A DNA stretch of 64,000 bases, taken from the NCBI GenBank assembly GCA_965208675.1, contig OZ242351.1, forward strand, positions 4,480,001-4,544,000, given 5' to 3'. Under the pieces are notes generated by a model. It was given only the letters and a program-made list of their open reading frames with translations, made no database searches and was not told the origin of the DNA. This DNA is from Candidatus Poribacteria bacterium (GTDB taxonomy: Bacteria; Poribacteria; WGA-4E; PCPOR2b). Shown one piece after another: positions 51,970-61,481 of this stretch (within the stretch, counting starts at the first letter, position 1; each line of letters opens with the position of its first letter). The position numbers and the translations under genes are program-made.

Positions 51970-54177
51970 CTATTTCACAATCACCATTTGCCTTAACGAC
52001 GTGTAATCACCGGCGCGAAATTGATAATAATACGTGCCGCTTGTGACCCGTTCTCCGCTATGATTGCGTCCATCCCAAAACGCTGCGCTTGCTCTGTCTC
52101 GGTAGACTCCCGATTTCTGATGCCCAATGTCGAGTGTGCGGACAACATGACCGCTATGGTCATAGATGTTCAGCGTCACGAGCGAATCGTTTGCCAACTG
52201 ATACGGTATCCAGGTTTCCGGGTTGAACGGATTCGGAAAATTTTGCAGCAGCGCTGTCCTCTTGATGTTTCCTAGCGTAGTGATTTGACTTTCCAATGGT
52301 TCTACCCCCAACGCAATTAAGGAGGTAAGGTCCCACAGCAACACGGTCCCGTCCAAACTTCCACTGACGAGCGCGCGTCCATTGGAATTGAACGCAACGC
52401 TCCGGACATCGTCCGTATGTCCGATTAAGGTAACCAGGTGTTGTCCAGAATTGGCTTCCCACAGCCGGACAGTATAGTCACCGCTTCCACTAGCGATAGT
52501 TTTGCCATCCGGACTGAACGCAACACTATTTACCCTAGCCTCGTGCCCGGTTAGCGTTCGCAGGTGTTTTCCACTATTAGTGTCCCAAAGACGGATGGTA
52601 GCGTCTGCACTCCCACTGGCGACGGTGCGTCCATCGGGGCTAAACGCAACGCTCCAAACCCAATCCGTATGTCCTTCAAGTGTTCGCAGAAGTCTTCCCG
52701 TAGCTGTTGCCCACAGACGGACTGTATGGTCCCCACCTCCGCTGGCGATACTGTGTCCATTTGGACTGAACGCAACGCTTTCCACTGGCGATGTGTGTCC
52801 ATTGAAGGTGCGCAGCCGTTTTCCGTTATTAGCGTCCCAGAGGTGTATAGAAGTGTCCGCGTTCCCGCTCGCGATTTTCTGTCCATCCTCGCTGAATGCA
52901 ACGCTTATCACCGCCAACGCATTGCCCTTAAGCGTCCGTAGGGGTTTTCCAGTATCGGTGGACCACAGTTGAATGGTATGGTCCCAACTTCCACTGGCGA
53001 TGGTGCCGCCGTTGGGACTAAACGCTACACTAGGAACCACCGATTTGTGCCCTTCTAGGGTTCGCAAGTGGTTTCCCGAATCGGGGTTCCACAAACGAAT
53101 GTATCGGTCATTACTCCCACTCGCAAGCGTATTGCTAATGGGATTGAACGCTACGCTAGTCACCGGCCTTGTATGCCCGGCGATTGTTCTCCGGAGTTCC
53201 CAGGTATCGGCGTCCCACAGACAAATTGTCCCGTCCAAACTCCCGCTGGCGAACATGCCGCCGTCGGAACTGAATGCGACGCTGTCGACCCAATGCGTAT
53301 GCCTGACGAGCGATCGAATGGGTTTCCCCGTATCCACTGCCCACAGCCGAATTGTGTCGTCCAAGCTGCCGCTGGCAATCATGAGTCCATCGGGACTGAA
53401 TTCTACGCAATCGACCATAGCATCATGTCCTAGGAGGGTTCGCAGGTGGTCACCGGTATCGGTGCTCCACAGGCGAATGGCATTGTCGCCGCCTCCGCTG
53501 GCAATAGTCCCGCCGTCCGGACTAAACGCTATACTCCGCACCGAATCCTCATGTCCTTTTACCCTCCAAAGGCGTTCCCCGGTGTCTACGTCCCACAGGC
53601 GAATTGAATTATCCGCACCTCCGCTCACGAGCATGCTGCCATCGGGGCTGAACGCGACACTATGAACCCAGGACGTGTTCCCAGTAAGCATTCTCGAATA
53701 ATCGCCGGTATCGGCGTCCCACAGTCGGATGGTACGGTCTCCGCTTCCGCTTGCGATAATATCCCCATTAGGGCTGAAGGCAACACTATTCACCGGACCC
53801 GTATGCCCTGTGAGCGTTTGCAGGTGATCGCCAGTATTGGCATCCCACATACGGACCGAACGGTCTTGACTCCCGCTGACAAGCCTACTGCCATCGGGGC
53901 TGAACACTACGCTCCAGACTCGACCCGTATGCCCGGTCAACAAGGCGACCTCTTGACGCGTCGCCGGGTTGTAGATCCAAATACCGATGCTGCTAGCCAC
54001 CGCAAGGCGCGTGCCGTTGGGGTAAAATTGTATTTCATTTATCCTGCCTTTACCCAGCCGCGTTTTAGCACCTTCAGGCAAGCCCCATTGGGGAAAATCA
54101 TGCGCGACGCTGTGTGATAGACAAAAAGCGGAAGCGAAAAAATATGCACTTAATTTGAAAAACAACGCTTTCTTCAT
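51970..54177 (-). CDS. secreted WD40 protein (14 blades) with C-terminal domain, paralogue 3
   Basis: Same architecture; GGAGGA RBS. Confidence 0.92.
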   Translation of the reverse strand: MKKALFFKLSAYFFASAFCLSHSVAHDFPQWGLPEGAKTRLGKGRINEIQFYPNGTRLAVASSIGIWIYNPATRQEVALLTGHTGRVWSVVFSPDGSRLVSGSQDRSVRMWDANTGDHLQTLTGHTGPVNSVAFSPNGDIIASGSGDRTIRLWDADTGDYSRMLTGNTSWVHSVAFSPDGSMLVSGGADNSIRLWDVDTGERLWRVKGHEDSVRSIAFSPDGGTIASGGGDNAIRLWSTDTGDHLRTLLGHDAMVDCVEFSPDGLMIASGSLDDTIRLWAVDTGKPIRSLVRHTHWVDSVAFSSDGGMFASGSLDGTICLWDADTWELRRTIAGHTRPVTSVAFNPISNTLASGSNDRYIRLWNPDSGNHLRTLEGHKSVVPSVAFSPNGGTIASGSWDHTIQLWSTDTGKPLRTLKGNALAVISVAFSEDGQKIASGNADTSIHLWDANNGKRLRTFNGHTSPVESVAFSPNGHSIASGGGDHTVRLWATATGRLLRTLEGHTDWVWSVAFSPDGRTVASGSADATIRLWDTNSGKHLRTLTGHEARVNSVAFSPDGKTIASGSGDYTVRLWEANSGQHLVTLIGHTDDVRSVAFNSNGRALVSGSLDGTVLLWDLTSLIALGVEPLESQITTLGNIKRTALLQNFPNPFNPETWIPYQLANDSLVTLNIYDHSGHVVRTLDIGHQKSGVYRDRASAAFWDGRNHSGERVTSGTYYYQFRAGDYTSLRQMVIVK

Positions 54178-54243
54178 TGCAACAATCCTCCGTCAGCAGC
54201 CCGATCATAGCGTCACTACTTTTCTCACCTAAACTGTATGACG
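54178..54243. repeat. duplicated intergenic spacer (second copy 56458-56523)
   Basis: ATCCTCCGTCAGCAGCC..GTCACTACTTTTCTCACCTAAACTGTATG nearly identical 2280 bp away. Confidence 0.85.
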
Positions 54244-56457
54244 CTACTTCACAATTAACATCCGCCGCGCCGCGGTGTAATCGCCTGCACGGAGTTGATA
54301 GTAATAGGCGCCGCTTGTGACGGGTTCTCCGTTTAGATTGCGGCCGTCCCAATACGCTGCGCTCTCTCTGTCGCGGTAGACTCCCGATTTTTGATGTCCA
54401 ATGTCGAGGGGGCGCACGATTCGGCCGCTTTGGTCGTAGATATTCAAGGTCACGAGCGCATCGTCCGCCAACTGGTAAGGTATCCAGGTTTCGGGGTTGA
54501 ACGGATTCGGATAATTTTGCAGCAACGCCGTCCGTTTGATGTTGCCCAACGCCGTGATGCGTCTTCCAATCGGTTCCACCTGATATGCACTTGTACCAGT
54601 AAAATCCCACAACAGCACGGTGCCATCCTCACTCCCGCTGGCCATTGTGAGGCCATCCGGACTGAAAGCAACGCTATAGACCAACGACAAATGTCCTTTG
54701 AGCTTTCGCAGGTGGTCGCCTGTTTCAGCGTCCCATAGACGGACGGTATGGTCCCAACCCCAACTGCCGCTGGCGAGCGTACCACCGCCGGGACTGTATT
54801 TTACGCTAAAGACCGGATACGGATGTCCGTTAATCTTTCGAAGCTGTTTGCCCGTATTAGCATCCCACAGACGGATAGTTTTGTCCCCACCCCCGCTCGC
54901 GATGGTGTGCCCATCCGGACTGAAAGCAACGCTCAAGACCGCAGACGTATGTCCCCTGATTGTGCGCACAAGTTTTACTCTATCCGCGTTCCACACGCGG
55001 ATTGTAGAGTCCACACTACCGCTGGCGAACGTGCGCCCGTCAGGACTGAACGACACGCTGCGGACCGGACCAGTGTGACCGGTGAGCGTTCGTAAGTGTT
55101 TTCCCGTATTAGCGTTCCATAGTCGAATGGTATTGTCCTCACTGCCGCTTGCAATCGTATCGCCGCCCGGACTAAACGCAACGCTCCAAATCGCAGACTC
55201 ATGTCCGGTGAGCGTGCGCAAGTGTTCCCCCGTATCGGTGTCCCACAGGCGGACGGTATTCTCCCAGCCATAACTTCCACTTGCGATCGTGCCGCCGTCC
55301 GGGCTGTACGCCACACTATAAATATCGCCCTCTTGACCGGTGAGCGTGCGCAGGAGTTCACCCGTATCGGCATCCCGCAATAGGATGGCGTTATTATCAG
55401 TGCCACTAGCGATAGTGCCCCCATCAGGGCTGAATATAACGCAAAAGACCGATGCCGTGTGACCAGTGAGCGTTCGTAGGTGTTCGCCTGAATCGGCGTT
55501 CCACAGACTGATGGAACCGTCCCGGCTCCCGCTTGCGATGGCGCCGCCATCAGGAGGGTACGCTACACTGATGACAGAATCGGTATGTCCTTCAAGCGTT
55601 TGCAGGAGTTCCCCCGTATTACCGTCCCAAGCTCGGATTATTACTCCGCCCGTACCTGTGATAGTGCTGCCATCAATACTAAACGCTACGCTGAGGACAG
55701 AACTCCCCTCCCCGCTGAGCTTGCGAAGGTGTTTTCCCGTGTTCGGTTCCCATAGACGGATGGTACCATCAAAACTTCCGCTTGCAATGGTACGGCCATC
55801 GGGGCTGTACGCTACGCAAATGACCGGCTCGGCATGCCGCTTGAGAACTCTCAGATGCTCTCCCGTTTTCGAATCCCACAGACGGATGGTGTTATCTCTA
55901 CTTCCGGTAGCGAGGGTGCGTCCATCCGGACTGAATGCAACGCTTTCGACTGAATCCGTATGCCCCTTTAGTTTGCGAAGGGTTTTGCCGGAGTCCGACT
56001 CCCACAGTCGGATAGTGCCGTCCCAACTCCCACTTGCGATGATGCGGCCATCCGGACTGAACGCAACGCTTTCAACAGAATCCGTATGCCCCTCGAGCTT
56101 GCGAAGGTGTTTTCCCGTATCAGCGTCCCATAGCCGGATTGTTGTGTCCCCACTGCCACTTGCGATGGTACGTCCATCCGGACTGAACGCAATACTCTCG
56201 ACCCTAAACTCATGCCCGGTAAACAGGGCAGCCTCCTGATGGGTCGCGGTATCGTAAAGCCAGATGCCAATAGTGCTGGCAACGGCGAGCTTAGTCCTGT
56301 CAGGAGAATACCGAATTTCACTTATCCAGCCTTTGCCGAGCCGCGATCTAGCACCGTCTGGTAAATCCCATTGTGCAAAATCTTGGGCGAGGCTGTGCGG
56401 TAGGCATAGAGCGCTAATCATCAGTAAGCTAAACTTAAAAACTGTTGCTTTCTTCAT
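54244..56457 (-). CDS. secreted WD40 protein (14 blades) with C-terminal domain, paralogue 4
   Basis: Same architecture. Confidence 0.92.
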   Translation of the reverse strand: MKKATVFKFSLLMISALCLPHSLAQDFAQWDLPDGARSRLGKGWISEIRYSPDRTKLAVASTIGIWLYDTATHQEAALFTGHEFRVESIAFSPDGRTIASGSGDTTIRLWDADTGKHLRKLEGHTDSVESVAFSPDGRIIASGSWDGTIRLWESDSGKTLRKLKGHTDSVESVAFSPDGRTLATGSRDNTIRLWDSKTGEHLRVLKRHAEPVICVAYSPDGRTIASGSFDGTIRLWEPNTGKHLRKLSGEGSSVLSVAFSIDGSTITGTGGVIIRAWDGNTGELLQTLEGHTDSVISVAYPPDGGAIASGSRDGSISLWNADSGEHLRTLTGHTASVFCVIFSPDGGTIASGTDNNAILLRDADTGELLRTLTGQEGDIYSVAYSPDGGTIASGSYGWENTVRLWDTDTGEHLRTLTGHESAIWSVAFSPGGDTIASGSEDNTIRLWNANTGKHLRTLTGHTGPVRSVSFSPDGRTFASGSVDSTIRVWNADRVKLVRTIRGHTSAVLSVAFSPDGHTIASGGGDKTIRLWDANTGKQLRKINGHPYPVFSVKYSPGGGTLASGSWGWDHTVRLWDAETGDHLRKLKGHLSLVYSVAFSPDGLTMASGSEDGTVLLWDFTGTSAYQVEPIGRRITALGNIKRTALLQNYPNPFNPETWIPYQLADDALVTLNIYDQSGRIVRPLDIGHQKSGVYRDRESAAYWDGRNLNGEPVTSGAYYYQLRAGDYTAARRMLIVK

Positions 56458-56523
56458 TCCAACGATCCTCCGTCAGCAGCCAGATCATGGAGTCACTACT
56501 TTTCTCACCTAAACTGTATGGCG

Positions 56524-58737
56524 CTATTTCACAATCACCATTTGCCTTAACGACGTGTAATCACCCGCGCGAAATTGATAATAATACGAGCCGCTTGTGA
56601 CGGGTTCTCCGTTTTGGTTGCGTCCATCCCAATACGCTGCGCTTGCTTTGTCTCGGTAGACTCCCAAGTTTTTATGTCCAATGTCGAGTGTGCGGACAAT
56701 ATGGCCGCTCTGGTTGTAGATGTTCAACGTCACGAGTGCATCGTCCCCCAACTGATACGGTATCCAGGTTTCGGGGTTGAACGGATTCGGAAAATTTTGC
56801 AGCAGCGCTGTCCGTTTGATTTTCCCCAGCGTCGTGGTGTGTTTTTCCGACAGTTCCACCTGGAAAGCGGTTGAAGAGGAGAGTTCCCACAGCAACACCG
56901 TCCCGTCCCCACTCCCGCTGGCAAGTGTGCGTCCATTGGGACTGAACGCAAGGCTTAAGATTTCACCTGAATGCCCTGCACGCACTTGCAGATTAATTCC
57001 CGTATTGATGTCCCACAAGCGAATGGTACAGTCCACACCGCTGCTGGCGAGTATTCGCCCGTTTGGGCTGAACGCGAGGCTTAAGACCCAATTCGTATGC
57101 CCTTTCAGCGTTCGCAGACGCATTCCGGTATCAGTGTCCCACAGACGGATGGTAAGGTCCCCACTTCCGCTAGCGAGCGTCCTGCTATCGGGACTGAATG
57201 CTACGCTCATAACCGAATTTGAATGTCCGTTGAGCGTTCGCAGGTGTTCTCCCGTATCTGGGTCCCATAGACGCACTGTAGTGTCGCGGCTGCCGCTAGC
57301 AATCGTCCCTCCGTCGGGGCTAAACGCAACAACTTCAATCTCGCTCTTATGCCCTATGAAGGTCATCAGCAGTTTTCCGGTATCGGTGTCCCGGAGCCGC
57401 ACTGTACCGTCGCGTCTCCCGCTGGCAGTTGTGCGTCCATCCGGACTGACCGCAACGCAATTGAACCCTATCCCTTGCCCGTCGTGGGTTCGCAGGTTTC
57501 TTCCGGTATTGGTGTGCCAGAGACTTATGGTATCGTCCGCACCTCCACTTGCGATAGTGCGTCCATCGGGACTAAATGCAACGCTATAAACGCTTAATGA
57601 ATGCCCCTTCAGCGTTCGCAGGTGTTTTCCCGTATCGGCATCCCGCAGTCGAATTGTAGGGATTTCACCGCTGTAAGCGATGATGCCGCTATCAGGACTA
57701 AACGCCACGCTATAGACCCCTAACGTATACCCTGTGAGGGTTTGTCGGTGTTTTCCGGTATTGGCGTCCCATAGACGGATCGTAGCGTCGTCGCTCCCAC
57801 TTGCGATGGTGCCGCCATCCGGACTGAACGCTACGGTATCAATTTCATCCTTATGACCTATGAGGGTTCGGCGGTGTTTTCCGGTATTAACGTCCCATAG
57901 GCCGATGGTATCGTCCCTACTCCCACTTGCGATGGTGCGACCATCTGGACTGAACGCCACACTATAGACGGCAGATTCATGTCCCGTAAGCGTTCGGCGG
58001 TGTTTTCCGGTATCGGAGTCCCACAGACGAATAGTCTTGTCCCAACTCCCGCTTGCGATGGTAAGTCCATCGGGGCTGTACACAACCTTTAAGATCCCAT
58101 CTTCATGCCCCCTGAGCGTTCGCAAGAGTTTTCCGGTATCGACGTCCCACAGTTGAATAGACTTATCCCCAATCGCACTAGCGATGGTACGTCCATCCAG
58201 ACTGAACGTAACACTAGCACGCAAACCCCCACCTATTCCTTCCCTGAGTATATGCAGGAGTCCTCCGGTGCGGGCGTTCCACAGACGGATACTGCCCAAA
58301 CCCGCACTAGCGATGGTGCGTCCATCTGGACTGAACGCAATACTAGAAATCCAATTGCTGTGGTTGAGCGTTCGAAAGGGTCTTCCCGTATCGGTGTCCC
58401 ACAGACGGATGGTATAGTCCCAACTCCCGCTAGCAATTGTGCGCCCATCCGGACTGAACGCAACGCATTTGACATAGTATGAGTGCCCGCTGATTAGGGC
58501 GACCTCTTGATAGGTCTCCGTATCGTAGAGCCAAATGCCGATGCTGCTTGCCACCGCAAGCTTAGTCCCGTCAGGCGAATACTGAAGTTCACTTATTTCC
58601 CCTTTACCGAAGCGCGCTTTAACACCGTCGGGCAGCCCCCATTGCGGTGAATCTTGGGCGACACCAATCGTAATCGGTAGAAGAAACAAAACTCCAATCA
58701 ACAGCGGGCACAGCTTGAAAACAATCGCGTTGTTCAT
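56524..58737 (-). CDS. secreted WD40 protein (14 blades) with C-terminal domain, paralogue 5 (first in the array)
   Basis: Same architecture. Confidence 0.92.
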   Translation of the reverse strand: MNNAIVFKLCPLLIGVLFLLPITIGVAQDSPQWGLPDGVKARFGKGEISELQYSPDGTKLAVASSIGIWLYDTETYQEVALISGHSYYVKCVAFSPDGRTIASGSWDYTIRLWDTDTGRPFRTLNHSNWISSIAFSPDGRTIASAGLGSIRLWNARTGGLLHILREGIGGGLRASVTFSLDGRTIASAIGDKSIQLWDVDTGKLLRTLRGHEDGILKVVYSPDGLTIASGSWDKTIRLWDSDTGKHRRTLTGHESAVYSVAFSPDGRTIASGSRDDTIGLWDVNTGKHRRTLIGHKDEIDTVAFSPDGGTIASGSDDATIRLWDANTGKHRQTLTGYTLGVYSVAFSPDSGIIAYSGEIPTIRLRDADTGKHLRTLKGHSLSVYSVAFSPDGRTIASGGADDTISLWHTNTGRNLRTHDGQGIGFNCVAVSPDGRTTASGRRDGTVRLRDTDTGKLLMTFIGHKSEIEVVAFSPDGGTIASGSRDTTVRLWDPDTGEHLRTLNGHSNSVMSVAFSPDSRTLASGSGDLTIRLWDTDTGMRLRTLKGHTNWVLSLAFSPNGRILASSGVDCTIRLWDINTGINLQVRAGHSGEILSLAFSPNGRTLASGSGDGTVLLWELSSSTAFQVELSEKHTTTLGKIKRTALLQNFPNPFNPETWIPYQLGDDALVTLNIYNQSGHIVRTLDIGHKNLGVYRDKASAAYWDGRNQNGEPVTSGSYYYQFRAGDYTSLRQMVIVK

Positions 58738-58854
58738 TGGAATAATCCTCCATGCAAGCGTAAGGGGTGTGTCTTCTCAATCTCTATTGAGTTATCCCTG
58801 AGATTTGCCGGCGGTGCAAAGTGAACTAGGCTATTAATCTTGGCGATTGTATAC

Positions 58855-58869
58855 GCAATTACCGTGCCA
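58855..58869 (-). promoter_or_regulatory. sigma54 (-24/-12) promoter of the WD40 array
   Basis: Minus strand TGGCAC-GGTAA-TTGC; TGT-N12-ACA site at 58966-58983. Confidence 0.75.
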
Positions 58870-59517
58870 CTGGTACAAAATCAGAGGTTTTTAGATTGAC
58901 CTAAGGGCGGGCGTTGAAAGAGATATAGGTTGCGGATTGAAAATGCAGCGATATTCCGACGTCACTGTGTCAATTTCGCTACACCACTGTAGACTTTTTT
59001 GAACGCGTTCCGCACGCTGAATATCGAATCTCAGTAGGAGTTAAAATCGAAAGATTCAAATTACATTCTCTCTTTTGCGGGAAATGTGAGCAGTGTCGGT
59101 AAGGTAATGTGCAGATGGAGTCGTACAATGCGGCCACTATGTGGTGAGGTTAAATTCAAATTGAAGTAGGGATTCAGAGTTCCAATGAACTTTCCAAATC
59201 TGTCGAATAGGACAATACTCGCTGCGCTATTCAAATTGGCTTTGCGCAAAACCTTCACATCGAATTGGTGAGAGAAAACATTCGGAAAACTGCGGCGAGA
59301 ATGGTAGTGAGGAGCGGCATACTTAACCAGTTTTAGCCAGCGTTGACAGACATCTAAGAGTCTGTTTAAGTATTAGGCAACAGAGCCATTCTTTGGCGTT
59401 TGAGTTGCTATAACCGGTGGAACTTCTATGGTGCGGGATTTACTTTCGCCATCGCTATTCGCTCAGTCGATCTTATTCGGTCGCTTGATTCCACGAAATT
59501 CCTTACCCTGGCATTGA

Positions 59518-59580
59518 GCGGGCAAGATGGCCTGCATACAAGGTGCGGTGTCGTACGCGGGGCAAGATGCCCCGCCAACA
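59518..59580. repeat. tandem pair of REP-like hairpins
   Basis: GCGGGCAAGATGGCCTGCATACA and GCGGGGCAAGATGCCCGCCAACA. Confidence 0.55.
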
Positions 59581-59642
59581 TGGTTTTGGGGTGTCATTGA
59601 GGTTGAGCTGTGCGGTCTCTTGTAACCGCCGCAGTCGCACTG

Positions 59643-60683
59643 CTATCTTGACGATGGACTCCCCAACTGCTTAATCCACCCCCAGCTCAGCGGCTGCTTG
59701 CCCGCGGGAGAAACGGCAAATTCGACCACAAAATCGGGATCGAACCAAGCGGGTCCACGGTTAATCGATCCAGCTTCTCCAATAACCGGCAGGATAAACC
59801 CATTTTCGTGATTCCCTTTTCCTGCCGCCGCCTTCACTTCGTATATGATAATCTTCGCAGAACCGCCCCCGAATATAATCGTCGCCACCTGCTTTCCGAT
59901 CGGATTCCAGGTTATATCCTGCTTTTCTTCCTGGCTGAATATTTCAAATATGTTTTGCGCTCCGTCTTCGCCAGCTTCGGCGTCCATTACCCACACATTG
60001 CCCGTTCCGTCTCGCCGCGTAATCCATGTAATCCGGTCTCCTTCGAACGAAAATTCCGGCTGAATATCCTCGCCCTTATGATTTGTGTAATTCACCTGGT
60101 TTCCGCCGTCTGAATTCATCACGTAGATGTCTCCGAGCGTCCGACCCCGTTTGGAGGAGAACGCAATCCGCCGACCATCCGGCGCCCAGGATGGCATTTT
60201 GTCTGGGGCTGGGTCGTTTGTGAGGTTGGCAATAATATTGCCGCCGACCGACATTACGTAAATTTCGAGGTTCCCGTCCCGATCAGAAGCGATGGCGAGC
60301 TTTCTGCCGCCAGGGTGCCAGTCGGGCCAGCTATCTACCCCTTCATGATCGGTGATTCGCTTCAGGTTCTTGCCGTCGGCGTCTACGATATAGATATCGG
60401 TATTTTTCTGCGACGTCGCATGGAACGCAAGTTTTCGGCCATCCGGCGACCATTCAAGTCCAAGCGGACGCGGGTCGTCATTATCTGTTGCAATGTTGAG
60501 CAATGCATTCACAGCGCCTTTCCCTTCGGGATTTGTCAAAAAAATTGACTCCTCGCCGGATACAGCTATTGTCGGTTCGTTGGGTGCGACCGCCTTCCCG
60601 CCCATAGGAAAAACGAGGTTGATTAGGATTACCAAGTTGGATAATGCCAAGATTCTCAAAGTGAATAGCGTTCTTTTTTGCAT
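59643..60683 (-). CDS. secreted TolB-like (PD40) beta-propeller protein, copy A
   Basis: Signal peptide; WSPDGRKLAF, PSWAPDGRRIAF repeats; C-terminal AVSPAGKQPLSWGWIK. Confidence 0.88.
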   Translation of the reverse strand: MQKRTLFTLRILALSNLVILINLVFPMGGKAVAPNEPTIAVSGEESIFLTNPEGKGAVNALLNIATDNDDPRPLGLEWSPDGRKLAFHATSQKNTDIYIVDADGKNLKRITDHEGVDSWPDWHPGGRKLAIASDRDGNLEIYVMSVGGNIIANLTNDPAPDKMPSWAPDGRRIAFSSKRGRTLGDIYVMNSDGGNQVNYTNHKGEDIQPEFSFEGDRITWITRRDGTGNVWVMDAEAGEDGAQNIFEIFSQEEKQDITWNPIGKQVATIIFGGGSAKIIIYEVKAAAGKGNHENGFILPVIGEAGSINRGPAWFDPDFVVEFAVSPAGKQPLSWGWIKQLGSPSSR

Positions 60684-60883
60684 AAGCCTTGCCTCCGCTT
60701 TACAATTTAAATTTCACGGCAGTCGCCGTTTACCTAGAAAACTACTGAGAACCAATTGGAATAGGAAATTAACTAGAGTCGAGTGTTGTGCTGTAGCTCA
60801 ATTTCACTTGTACGCCGCACCATTTCTGGTGAGGCATGCAGCAGGTTGAATTATCCGTGTGATTGGCGAACGAACCGGAACGC

Positions 60884-61440
60884 CTACTTAACCCTGCCAA
60901 TTTTGGCGGCTTCTGGCGCCCGCGTCGGCAAATTCTGCTTAGCCAGCTGATCTTCCGGGATATAGTTGGAGTAATCAGAAATTTTACCGTGGGTCAATGA
61001 GTAAACAACAACGTTTGTCATAAACCGATATACGCCTGGAGAGTAGTGCACGGACCGCGTCGGTAGGCTGACCGCCTCCATCGCGCACATATAATCACGG
61101 CGGACCAGCAGCACCGAAAGCTTTTCGCCGACGGAGATTCCTTCAAGGAAATTCCGCTTCGGCGGCTGTGTGCCAAACCAGAAGATATCGAACCCGACCG
61201 GCGGTCCGCCCATCTCGTAGAAGTTGTTATAGACCTCATGGTCATTGGGAATCCGTTCCAACTGATATTCCGGCATCACATAGCGCATTTGAGCCATGAA
61301 TATGCGAACGGTGGCTTGAGCCGCCCGATTTACGCCGCAATCATCGAATATGAGGACTCCCCCCCTGTCCACAAGGTATCGCCGCAATCCTGCCGCTTCC
61401 GGTTCAGTAAACCTGCTGTTCAGCGTAGTGTCATATCGCG
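60884..61440 (-). pseudogene. 5'-truncated DUF4159-like gene
   Basis: Homology to 62719-63255 (LNSRFTEPEAAGLRRYLVDRGG..FDDCG..APEAAKIG) starts abruptly ~40-60 bp after the upstream TolB-like stop; no N-terminal half or clear start. Confidence 0.75.
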
Positions 61441-61481
61441 GCTGTGCTGTGCGGTCTCTTGTAACCGCCGCTGTCGCAACG

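Noticed and set aside
47387-58482. Many long plus-strand ORFs (..PPSGLNATL..) opposite the WD40 genes
   Set aside because: Antisense shadows of the repetitive coding strand, with no independent start signals or family motifs.
46978-58737. Diversity-generating retroelement acting on the WD40 repeats
   Set aside because: No reverse transcriptase or Avd gene in the window, no non-coding template repeat, and differences between repeats are not adenine-specific.
46978-58737. CRISPR-like periodic repeats (..CCATCCGGACTGAACGC.. about every 126 bp)
   Set aside because: They are in-frame WD40 blade codons with synonymous variation; no cas genes are present.
59000-59500. Long intergenic region as possible ncRNA or pseudogene
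   Set aside because: No recognisable fold, motif or credible ORF by eye.
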